From positions 1-43,608 of the forward strand of contig JADFYN010000005.1 in assembly GCA_015233055.1 (NCBI GenBank): DNA of 43,608 nucleotides, written 5' to 3'. The notes beneath the pieces were generated by a model. It was given only the letters and a program-made list of their open reading frames with translations, made no database searches and was not told the origin of the DNA. Shown one piece after another: positions 36,247-43,608 of the stretch. This DNA is from Deltaproteobacteria bacterium. Lineage in GTDB: Bacteria; Desulfobacterota; JADFXK01. Made by a program: the position numbers and the translations under genes. Position 1 is the first letter of the stretch. Every line of letters begins with the position of its first letter.

Positions 36247-37083
36247 CTACCCCTTTGATGCCTGGTCTATATCGATGATGTTTGAATGGCCTGGAATGTA
36301 AGGTTTAGTTTTATAGGAAGTGATTCTACTTATTTTTTTGGTTATCTCTCCCAGGCGGCGGGCTTGTTCTTCAATTATTTTTAAGGACGCATACATCGGG
36401 TCGTCCGGACTCAAGGATTCCAGGGCCAGTTGGGCGTGCCCCAGGATGGCCGTGAGTGGTTGGTTAACCTCGTGACAGGTGGCCCCGGCCATTTCCAATA
36501 CTCCGGCCAGTTTCTCCTTGCTGATCTTTTCCTCTTCCAGTTTTTTTCGTTCCGTGACGTCCCGAACCAATCCTTGGACCGCCGGCTGATCCAGATAATC
36601 CACGGCTACGGCGTCCACTTCCACAAAAACAACCAGACCCTTGCCGGTAACTATTCTGGCCTCGAAGTGGGCATGGTTGATCCGGAGGTGGAGCAGGTCC
36701 GAGATAAGGTGGGTCACCCGGTCCAGATCTTCCATGTGGATTATTTTGCTATATTTTTTACCCAGGAGCGCGCCGCGGGGATAGGCGAAGATTCGCTCTG
36801 CCTCTTGATTCAGGTAGTCGAACCGGCTATCGGTAATAATGAACACGCCGTCCAGGAGGCTGTCGGCCAGGAGCCTGTATTGCTCTCCAAGGTCGGTCAG
36901 TTCCTTTTGGAGCAGGGCTATTTTCTGCTGCAGCGCCTGGAGATCAGGTTCCGGCTCAGAGGCCGGGTTTATGTCAGGGGGTTCAGTCATTTGCGGTTTT
37001 CTTGAGGTTAATTCAGGGAAGATTCCATTCCGGGAGGCCGCGATTCGGCGTCGGACTGCACCACTATCGAGCCACCTTACCAT
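36247..37083 (-). CDS. PAS domain plus HisKA (DHp) protein lacking a HATPase_c domain
   Basis: The PAS-like core is LLDGVFIITDSRFDYLNQEAERIFAY..G.., and the H-box is ATCHEVNQPLTAILGHAQL. The protein ends ~60 aa after the H-box. The start is uncertain; the alternative is the ATG at 36990. Confidence 0.8.
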   Translation of the reverse strand: MVRWLDSGAVRRRIAASRNGIFPELTSRKPQMTEPPDINPASEPEPDLQALQQKIALLQKELTDLGEQYRLLADSLLDGVFIITDSRFDYLNQEAERIFAYPRGALLGKKYSKIIHMEDLDRVTHLISDLLHLRINHAHFEARIVTGKGLVVFVEVDAVAVDYLDQPAVQGLVRDVTERKKLEEEKISKEKLAGVLEMAGATCHEVNQPLTAILGHAQLALESLSPDDPMYASLKIIEEQARRLGEITKKISRITSYKTKPYIPGHSNIIDIDQASKG

Positions 37084-37427
37084 GATTCTTGAGCAATGTA
37101 CATCGATTTTTGTCCCTGGATGAGGTTTGAGGATGTTTCGTCCGGATGGATTCCGGGGACGAGAGGGCCGTGGCGCCGGACCTATTTAATTATATTTTTG
37201 CTTTACAAGGAATTAATAATTCATTATTCATTATATACTATCTCTTGACTCCAACGGCCTGCGGCCCTCAGAATCACTAACTACTGTCTACGCCCTGGCT
37301 GACGACATCGAGCGCCGCTACCAGAAGGTCAACAGGTTAAAATTAAACAGATTTCTTGTGGATGTGGTTGCCCCGGAAGGGGACAAAAACGATCTCGGTC
37401 CTAAATTAGTGATAGGAGGAGTAACCC

Positions 37428-38549
37428 ATGTCGCGAGATTCATTTTTTGGGGAACAAACGGAGCAGTCACGTGTTAAGGCAAGGATTGTGTCTAAGTACT
37501 TCGGCGCCTGGGCTAATGTGATGATAGCTATTCGGAAACGTTACCCTAATAAATCACAGAAGATCGCCTACATCGATCTCTATGCCGGCCCGGGCCGTTA
37601 TGCTAATGGCAAACCATCAACCCCTATAAAAGTTATAGACATTGCCATGAATAAGCAGGACATTGCGGATCGCATAGTCTTTATCTTTAATGACATAGAC
37701 CTATCGAATTGCCGATCCCTTAAGAAAACAATCGAGGAACTGTCAGGAACCGACAAGCTAAAATACAAGCCAAAAGTGATAAACCAGGAAGTAGGCGAAG
37801 GGATCGTGAAGATGTTTGAGGAGACGCATCTTGTGCCCACACTACTCTTTGTCGATCCCTGGGGTTACAAAGGCTTATCTCTTCGTCTGGTCAACTCCGT
37901 TCTGAAAGACTGGGGGTGCGACTGTATTTTTTTCTTTAATTACAACCGCATTAACATGGGGTTGGCCAACCCGGTGGTCGAAGAACATTTGAACGCCATT
38001 TTTGGCGAGAACCGAGCCAAAGTTCTGAGGTCAAAATTGGGCGAGCTACAGCCCAGTGAACGTGAGCTGGTGATAATGGAAGAGTTATGCCAGGCTATTA
38101 AGGATATTAGAGGACACTATACATTTCATTTCGCTTTTAAAGATGAACGAAGTAAGCGAACAAGTCATCACCTCATTTTCGTCAGTAAGCACCGACGGGG
38201 ATACGAAATCATGAAAGATATTATGGCCCGCGAAAGCACAAGCCAAACTCAAGGTGTCCCTTCCTTTGAATGTAATCCCACCGATTCTCTGCCCCAGCAG
38301 CTATCTCTCTTTCCATTATCAAAACCGCTTGATGAACTTCAGGGCGCTTTACTTGAGTGTTTCAGTGGACAGACCTTGAAGGTGCGAGAGATTTATGAGC
38401 GACATAGCGAAAATACGCGCTATATTCTGAAGAATTACAAAGAGGCACTTCTGAAACTGGAAGGGCAGGGCAAAATCACCGCTGGTAAACACAGGAAAGG
38501 TACCTTTGGAGACAATGTTCTAGTTACTTTCCCTGGAAATAGAGGATAA
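37428..38549 (+). CDS. tcmP: three-Cys-motif partner protein TcmP (TIGR04474-like)
   Basis: AGGAGG Shine-Dalgarno. The N-terminus SRVKARIVSKYFGAWANV, then IDLYAGPGRY and LLFVDPWGY, match my recollection of the TcmP family. It is paired with a Gp37/Gp68 gene 3 nt downstream. The C-terminus (KNYKEALLKLEGQGKI) looks winged-helix-like. Confidence 0.75.
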   Translation: MSRDSFFGEQTEQSRVKARIVSKYFGAWANVMIAIRKRYPNKSQKIAYIDLYAGPGRYANGKPSTPIKVIDIAMNKQDIADRIVFIFNDIDLSNCRSLKKTIEELSGTDKLKYKPKVINQEVGEGIVKMFEETHLVPTLLFVDPWGYKGLSLRLVNSVLKDWGCDCIFFFNYNRINMGLANPVVEEHLNAIFGENRAKVLRSKLGELQPSERELVIMEELCQAIKDIRGHYTFHFAFKDERSKRTSHHLIFVSKHRRGYEIMKDIMARESTSQTQGVPSFECNPTDSLPQQLSLFPLSKPLDELQGALLECFSGQTLKVREIYERHSENTRYILKNYKEALLKLEGQGKITAGKHRKGTFGDNVLVTFPGNRG

Positions 38550-38552
38550 ATT

Positions 38553-39287
38553 ATGGGCCTGGGCACGAAAATAGAATGGACGGAAGCAACCTGGAATCCG
38601 GTCACGGGATGCACCAAGATTAGCGAGGGGTGCACTCATTGTTATGCGGAACGGATGTCCCGTCGGCTAAGACTGATGGGGCAACCTAACTACATCAATG
38701 GATTTGAACTCACGCTGCATCCGCATGTCCTCCCCATGCCGCTTAAGTGGCAGAAGCCGAAGTCCATTTTTGTGAACTCCATGAGCGATCTCTTTCATCG
38801 GGATATTCCCTTCGATTTTATTAGCCAGACGTTCGGAGTAATGGCCAAGGCATACTGGCATAGATTTCAAGTTCTGACCAAAAGGGCGGAACGGCTGGCC
38901 GAACTTGCCGGAACTCTTTTCTGGCCGGACAATGTTTGGATGGGCGTGACAGTCGAGCACAGTTCCCGGGTATCCCGAATTGATTATCTCAGAGAAGTGC
39001 CGGCTGCAGTGCGGTTTTTATCATTGGAGCCGCTGCTGGGGCCGTTGCCTGACCTGGACCTGGCCGGGATAGATTGGGTCATCCTGGGCGGAGAAAGCGG
39101 ACCGGGGGCCAGGCCGATGGAAAAATCCTGGGTGATCGATATTCAGGAGCAGTGCCATAGGGCCAACGTGCCGTTCTTCTTTAAACAGTGGGGAGGAACA
39201 TCAAAGAAGAGGGCTGGACGCCTCCTCTATGGCCGGACCTTTGATGAAATGCCTGGAAACCTGATAGCTCGCCGAAGGGAAGGATGA
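38553..39287 (+). CDS. phage Gp37/Gp68 family three-Cys protein (DUF5131, PF07505-like)
   Basis: KIEWTEATWNPVTGCTKISEGCTHCYA gives C-x6-C-x2-C. WVILGGESGPGARPM and FFFKQWGG are also present. Confidence 0.88.
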   Translation: MGLGTKIEWTEATWNPVTGCTKISEGCTHCYAERMSRRLRLMGQPNYINGFELTLHPHVLPMPLKWQKPKSIFVNSMSDLFHRDIPFDFISQTFGVMAKAYWHRFQVLTKRAERLAELAGTLFWPDNVWMGVTVEHSSRVSRIDYLREVPAAVRFLSLEPLLGPLPDLDLAGIDWVILGGESGPGARPMEKSWVIDIQEQCHRANVPFFFKQWGGTSKKRAGRLLYGRTFDEMPGNLIARRREG

Positions 39288-39292
39288 GAAAC

Positions 39293-39493
39293 ATGACAAC
39301 AGTAAAAGTGCGAATGGTTGAGGTGATTCAGGAGCAGCCTGAAGACGCAACCTATGAGGAAATCCTGCGCGAGCTTGCTTTCGAGCGAATGGTTGACAGG
39401 GGTCTTCAAGACTCCAGAGCCGACCGGGTGATTATGAACGATGACATGGGGCGTAGAATTCGGGCGCTTTGGGCGGGGACGCACACATTCTGA
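39293..39493 (+). CDS. small hypothetical protein (66 aa; 69 aa if started at the ATGA overlap, 39284)
   Basis: It is coupled to the DUF5131 stop. GGAAGGA lies 8 nt upstream of the ATG at 39293. The sequence EDATYEEILRELAFERMVDRGLQDSRADRVI resembles small antitoxin-like or accessory helical proteins; this similarity is low-confidence. Confidence 0.55.
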   Translation: MTTVKVRMVEVIQEQPEDATYEEILRELAFERMVDRGLQDSRADRVIMNDDMGRRIRALWAGTHTF

Positions 39494-39588
39494 ATATTGT
39501 GCCTTAATTAAACACATTGGTGCATTCCGAGAAATCGCCAGCCATTTTTTTCTTACAAATTGGTTTAGGTTGCAGTATACTTGCCGTT

Positions 39589-39810
39589 ATGGATCAAGAA
39601 GATCAGACCAAACAAGGATGGGTCCGGCAATTCATGACCGGTGAACCGCGGTTGAGTGAAGCTGTGGCCGAATATGAGGACATAGGCTTCGAGGTCCGGC
39701 TTGACCCCGTTGACCTGACGGAAGAGGACGGGGTGTGCAAATCCTGCCTTAAATGGGCCCCGGAGGAATTTAAGGTAATCTATACCCGGCCGAGGAAAGA
39801 TGACGACTAA
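39589..39810 (+). CDS. small hypothetical protein (73 aa)
   Basis: ATG at 39589 (MDQEDQTKQGWVRQF...). The upstream TTG-start extension looks non-coding. There is no clear Shine-Dalgarno. The protein contains CKSC. Its 3' end overlaps the next gene by 11 nt. Confidence 0.5.
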   Translation: MDQEDQTKQGWVRQFMTGEPRLSEAVAEYEDIGFEVRLDPVDLTEEDGVCKSCLKWAPEEFKVIYTRPRKDDD

Positions 39811-40066
39811 TTCTGAAACCACCACCGCTGACGGGGACCTGGTCAAGGCTTATGTCTTGAACGACCGGTTCCAGGCCGATCTGATCACCGATGCCCTGGA
39901 TCAGGAGGACCTGCCCTACTATTTGCAGGAGTATCGAGACACCGCCTATGACGGGATCTTTGTCACTCAAAAAGGCTGGGGCGCCATCTGGGTGGACGAA
40001 GTCAATTTGCTTAAGGCCAGGGAAATTATTTTTGGACTGGTCAGGGCATTTGATGAGCAACCCTGA
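39800..40066 (+). CDS. DUF2007-like small protein (putative signal-transducing fold)
   Basis: This 88-aa protein has the pattern LVKAYVLNDRFQADLITDALDQEDLPYYL...NLLKAREII, resembling DUF2007 family members. Confidence 0.6.
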   Translation: MTTNSETTTADGDLVKAYVLNDRFQADLITDALDQEDLPYYLQEYRDTAYDGIFVTQKGWGAIWVDEVNLLKAREIIFGLVRAFDEQP

Positions 40067-40178
40067 CCATGGTCCGCTCCGCCCCTCATATACTCTGTGG
40101 CCGCTGCGGCTGGCTGTAATTCCGGCCGGGCTGATCACCGAGTGATGTGGATTAAAGACACACTTTTTGAGAGAGACA

Positions 40179-41954
40179 ATGGATATTTTTGACGAAGACG
40201 ATGAATTGAGACCAACTAATATGCCTAATCCCAAAGACTTAGAAAAAGAACTTTCCGACTATTTGTCCAAAAAGTATGGGAACCAGGTTAAGGTGATCTC
40301 CCCCAAGATAGTCCCCCGGGTGGCCATGACCAATATGGGCCAGGGACACGAAAAAAAGACCAGCGCCTTTGACAAAATCAATTTCAATATGAAGCCGGAA
40401 GAACTTAAGGCTTATTTGAAAAAATATATCATTAAGCAAGATGATGCCCTAGATGTTTTGGCCACGAAGATCTGCACGCACTTCAACAAAATCAGATTCC
40501 TGAAAAAACTGAAGGCCGATGATGGTCCCGGCGGTGTCGGAGCCATCAAGAATAACATCATTCTGGTGGGGCCGACCGGAGTCGGCAAAACCTATGCCAT
40601 CAAGCTGATCGCTAACAAAATCGGGGTGCCCTTCGTCAAGGGTGACGCCACGAAATACAGCGAAACCGGTTACGTCGGCGGAGATGTGGAAGATTTGATC
40701 AGAGACCTGGTGGCGGAGGCCAATGACGACCTGGACCTGGCCCAGTATGGCATTGTCTACTTAGATGAAATCGATAAGATCGCCTCTTCCCGAAATCTGA
40801 TCGGACATGATGTCTCCCGGTTGGGGGTCCAGCGGGCCCTGCTCAAGCCGATGGAAGAGACCGACATCAATCTCCGGGTGGCCCATGATCCCATCTCTCA
40901 ATTACAGGCCATCGAGCAATACCGCAAAACCGGCAAACGGGAAAAACGGGTTCTTAACACCAAGAATATCCTGTTTATTGTCAGCGGCGCCTTCAACGGC
41001 CTGGAACAGATTGTTCAAAAACGGGTTAATCAACAACATATCGGTTTCGGCGCGGAGATCAGTTCCAAAGACGGGGCTCACCGCCACCTGATCCATGTCC
41101 GGGCGGAAGACCTGATTGAATTTGGATTTGAGTCGGAGTTTATCGGCCGGCTGCCGGTAACGGCTGTTTTTCAACTCCTGGGTGTCGATGATCTATACGC
41201 TATCTTGAAAAATCCCAACAGCCCCATCATGATGGGCAAGAAACGTGATTTCAAGTCATACGGCATCGACATCAAGTTTGAAGATGAAGCCCTGCGGAAG
41301 GTGGCGGAAATCGCGGCCATGGAGAAAACCGGGGCCCGGGCCCTGGTCAGCGCCCTGGAGCGGATTCTGATTAAGTTCGAGAAAACCCTTCCTTCCACGG
41401 ACATCAAGGCCTTTGTGGTTACGCCCGAACTGGTCGCTCACCCGGACAGAGAGCTGGAACGGTTGCTGACTCGGGAACAGGATTTGTGTGCCAGGTACGA
41501 ATGCCAGTCCGAACTGGAACGGGTTGATTTGATGGCTGTGCTCCAGAATAAAGAGGAAGAGTTCTTGGAGAATTACGGCCTTCAGCTCAATCCGGCCCGG
41601 GCCGGGATGATCATCGACCACTTTGTCGGCATCGGGATCGATATGTCCCAGGCCTTTGACCGGTTGTTTAATTATTATAACCAAATTAAAGATTATGAGC
41701 TGCATTTCCTGGAGCGCACCAGCCTCCGGATTACCTTCAGTTTGGAAGCCCAAGACGAATTGGTCCGGATGGCCATGGAAAAATTGGTTGAACCTATCGA
41801 CATTATTGCCGATATGCCCATTGACCTGGAATATGCTCTCAAGATGCTGAGTGACAAGACCGGAATGAAATCCTTCGGCCTTAGCAAAATGGCCCTCACC
41901 GATCCAGAGAACTTTCTGGAAGAAACCTATAACAACTATTACTTATCTCGATAA
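40179..41954 (+). CDS. ClpX-like AAA+ ATPase lacking the N-terminal zinc-binding domain, with ~185-aa C-terminal extension
   Basis: Walker A GPTGVGKT, pore loop TGYVGGDVE, Walker B IVYLDEIDK, GVQRALLKPMEET, an IGF-type loop HIGFGA, EFIGRLP and sensor-2 GARAL are all present. There is no C4 zinc-finger N-terminus. Confidence 0.88.
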   Translation: MDIFDEDDELRPTNMPNPKDLEKELSDYLSKKYGNQVKVISPKIVPRVAMTNMGQGHEKKTSAFDKINFNMKPEELKAYLKKYIIKQDDALDVLATKICTHFNKIRFLKKLKADDGPGGVGAIKNNIILVGPTGVGKTYAIKLIANKIGVPFVKGDATKYSETGYVGGDVEDLIRDLVAEANDDLDLAQYGIVYLDEIDKIASSRNLIGHDVSRLGVQRALLKPMEETDINLRVAHDPISQLQAIEQYRKTGKREKRVLNTKNILFIVSGAFNGLEQIVQKRVNQQHIGFGAEISSKDGAHRHLIHVRAEDLIEFGFESEFIGRLPVTAVFQLLGVDDLYAILKNPNSPIMMGKKRDFKSYGIDIKFEDEALRKVAEIAAMEKTGARALVSALERILIKFEKTLPSTDIKAFVVTPELVAHPDRELERLLTREQDLCARYECQSELERVDLMAVLQNKEEEFLENYGLQLNPARAGMIIDHFVGIGIDMSQAFDRLFNYYNQIKDYELHFLERTSLRITFSLEAQDELVRMAMEKLVEPIDIIADMPIDLEYALKMLSDKTGMKSFGLSKMALTDPENFLEETYNNYYLSR

Positions 41955-41956
41955 CT

Positions 41957-43144
41957 ATGATCGGCATATCTAAACTCTATTGCGGAACCGTAGAACCATC
42001 GGACACTTTGCGCTACGGCCGCCGCTCTTCCAGTCTCCCTTCCCATTTGCTGCAGTTCTCCGAAGACAAAAAGCCGGTTGTGGTCTGGAATGTGACCCAG
42101 CGCTGCAATCTGGCTTGCGTTCACTGCTACGCCAAGGCAGTCCGGCGGGAAGATGTTCAAAACGAATTGACCACGGCCGAAGGAAAACGCCTGCTGGATG
42201 ATCTGGCGGACTTCGGGGCGCCGGTGGTCCTTTTCTCCGGTGGCGAGCCACTGATTCGGCCGGACTTGATCGAACTTTGTGACTATGCGGTGGGGAAGGG
42301 GATGCGCGCCGTTATTTCCACCAACGGGACGCTGATAACCGCCGAGATCGCCATGCGGTTGAAAGACGTCGGCCTATCCTACGTGGGCATCAGCCTCGAC
42401 GGGATGGAACAGATCAATGACAAGTTTCGAGGCGTGGCCGGAGCCTTTCAGGCGGCTATGGTCGGGATCAAGAACTGTCAGGCGGCCGGGATCAAGGTGG
42501 GTCTGCGATTCACCATCAACCGGATGAATGCTGATCAGGTCCCGGCGATTTTCGATCTGATCGAAGAGCATGACATCCCCAGGGCCTGTTTCTACCATCT
42601 GGTTTACGCCGGACGGGGTAGTAATCTGATCCAGGAGGATTTGAGCCTGGCTGAAACGCGGCAGATAGTCGACTTGATCATTGACCGCACGGCCGACCTC
42701 CATGCCCGAGGCAAGCCCAAGGAAATCCTGACGGTGGACAACCACGCCGACGGCCCCTATCTCTATCTCCGAATGGTTAAGGAAAACTCGCCGCGAGCCG
42801 CCCAGGTCCTGGAATTGCTCCAGATGAATGAAGGCAACAGCTCCGGCCGGGGTATCGGGTGCGTCAGTTGGGATGGCCGCGTCCATGCCGACCAGTTCTG
42901 GCGGCACCATTCCTTCGGCAATGTCCGGGACCGGGCCTTTAGCCGCATCTGGGCCAATACCGACGGCGAGGAGTTGATGACCCGGTTAAAGGACAAGAAA
43001 CAATACGTCACCGGACGCTGCGCCTCGTGCCGCTGGCTGAACGTTTGTGGCGGCAATTTCCGCGTCCGAGCCGAAGCCGTGGGCGACCTCTGGGCTCCCG
43101 ATCCGGCCTGCTATTTGACCGATGAGGAGATTGGGATTAAATAG
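41957..43144 (+). CDS. radical SAM/SPASM protein, NirJ/AhbC/AhbD family (alternative haem biosynthesis-type, NirJ2/AhbD-like)
   Basis: The N-terminus is ISKLYCGTVEPSDTLRYGRRSSSLPSHLLQFSEDKKPVVVWNVTQRCNLACVHCYA, which carries CX3CX2C. The Cys-rich C-terminus is CASCRWLNVCGGNFRVRA..PDPACYL. The gene starts 2 nt after the ClpX-like stop. Confidence 0.85.
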   Translation: MIGISKLYCGTVEPSDTLRYGRRSSSLPSHLLQFSEDKKPVVVWNVTQRCNLACVHCYAKAVRREDVQNELTTAEGKRLLDDLADFGAPVVLFSGGEPLIRPDLIELCDYAVGKGMRAVISTNGTLITAEIAMRLKDVGLSYVGISLDGMEQINDKFRGVAGAFQAAMVGIKNCQAAGIKVGLRFTINRMNADQVPAIFDLIEEHDIPRACFYHLVYAGRGSNLIQEDLSLAETRQIVDLIIDRTADLHARGKPKEILTVDNHADGPYLYLRMVKENSPRAAQVLELLQMNEGNSSGRGIGCVSWDGRVHADQFWRHHSFGNVRDRAFSRIWANTDGEELMTRLKDKKQYVTGRCASCRWLNVCGGNFRVRAEAVGDLWAPDPACYLTDEEIGIK

Positions 43145-43190
43145 TTGCGTGTTACGTGTTGTGGGTTACGTGTTTCGGGTTGTGGGTTTT
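43145..43190 (+). repeat. GGGTT / GTTACGTGTT low-complexity repeat cluster
   Basis: GTTACGTGTT occurs twice (43151-60 and 43165-74) and GGGTT three times. Related C-rich copies in the opposite orientation lie at 43341-43360 and 27394-27431. Confidence 0.6.
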
Positions 43191-43608
43191 GCATGTTTGT
43201 GCAGAAGTTGCATAAGGATACCACCGGCCGAAAATATAACCGCATAATGCCCTGCAATGATGGCATAATGTAGCCTAACATCAGACAGACGCACCCGGAG
43301 CGGATTTTCCAATGGTTTGGACCATTAATTTTATGACATTAACCCGCAACCCGCAACTCAATGTCCTTGACTTAAGGTGCAGGGTCATCGGATCCTATTC
43401 TAATAAATGGTTAATTCCGATTAAGCCCTGAAAGGGCGCTCTAGGTTAGCCCAGCGGCAACGCCCTGGGTATGGGCGACAACTATACAAAATAACCTATA
43501 ATGTCCACATAAAATCCTTGGCAATTCAGCACCTCAGCCGTAGCCGGATATCCCATTCAAAGGAGATGACTTTGGGAGCCGGCCGACCTCCTGACCATCC
43601 TGCTGACT

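Noticed and set aside
36035-36301. 88-aa plus-strand ORF
   Set aside because: It is Arg-rich with odd composition and overlaps the 3' end of the PAS-HisKA gene on the opposite strand. It has no Shine-Dalgarno.
37220-37473. Open reading frame without a start codon upstream of and overlapping the tcmP start (…ALADDIERRYQKVNRLKLNRF…): a possible remnant of a disrupted gene at an insertion boundary
   Set aside because: It has no start codon and I recognise no motif. It could be chance, and only a blastx search could decide.
37186-39560. Similar short sequences (tttttgctttacaa at about 37194 and tttttcttacaa at about 39545) flanking the TcmP module: possible att-like direct repeats
   Set aside because: The match is short, imperfect and AT-rich. 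No integrase is present, so it is too weak to claim island boundaries.
1-43608. Search for tRNA, rRNA, tmRNA, transposase, integrase and cas genes
   Set aside because: I found no T-loop or anticodon-arm patterns, rRNA-like segments or recombinase motifs by eye. tRNAscan-SE or Infernal would be needed to be definitive.

Overview
This 43.6-kb window looks like it comes from a Desulfobacterota-type (deltaproteobacterial) genome. That placement is an inference from sigma54-driven type IV pilins, a NirJ/Ahb-type radical SAM gene, hbd and many TPR proteins. I support about 40 protein-coding genes. I found no rRNA, tRNA, CRISPR array, transposase or integrase.

Layout:
- 0.7-1.4 kb: a Q/S-rich repeat protein with a poly-His tract.
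- 2.5-10.1 kb: an envelope and glycan block. It holds an MBOAT (AlgI-like) plus AlgJ/AlgX-like O-acetylation pair, an AT-rich orphan ORF, kdsB, a secreted C10 (streptopain-like) cysteine peptidase and a Thr-rich lipoprotein.
- 10.4-15.5 kb (minus strand): a translationally coupled four-gene operon of ABC ATPase, ABC-2 permease, an anchored helical-repeat protein and a TMTC/PMT-like TPR membrane protein.
- 15.7-17.6 kb: a small secreted Ser/Thr-tailed peptide and two tandemly duplicated type IV pilin genes. Each pilin has its own sigma54 promoter and a conserved upstream palindrome.
- 17.7-19.7 kb: two zinc-ribbon SAM methyltransferases.
- 19.8-23.8 kb: a Hanks-type receptor Ser/Thr kinase, a secreted TPR protein and a PD-(D/E)XK (DUF3782-like) protein carrying a striking Trp-rich tandem repeat.
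- 24-32 kb: housekeeping genes (DHH phosphoesterase, xth, Zn-ADH, mtaD, SLT transglycosylase, hisH, hbd) and a RelE/ParE-RHH toxin-antitoxin pair.
- 32.5-36 kb: two tandem paralogues of an uncharacterised polytopic membrane protein.
- 36.2-37.1 kb: a PAS-HisKA protein with no ATPase domain.
- 37.4-39.5 kb: a compact TcmP / three-Cys Gp37-Gp68 (DUF5131) module plus a small coupled gene.
- 39.6-43.1 kb: two small proteins, a zinc-finger-less ClpX paralogue and a NirJ/AhbD-like radical SAM/SPASM enzyme.

The best candidates for an undescribed system are:
1. The TcmP/DUF5131/small-gene module.
2. The kinase-TPR-nuclease-fold cluster in the centre of the window.
3. The ABC-2 plus TMTC-like operon, with nearby Ser/Thr-rich secreted proteins and pilins.
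4. The duplicated polytopic membrane genes.

All functional assignments come from motif recognition by eye. No database search was run.
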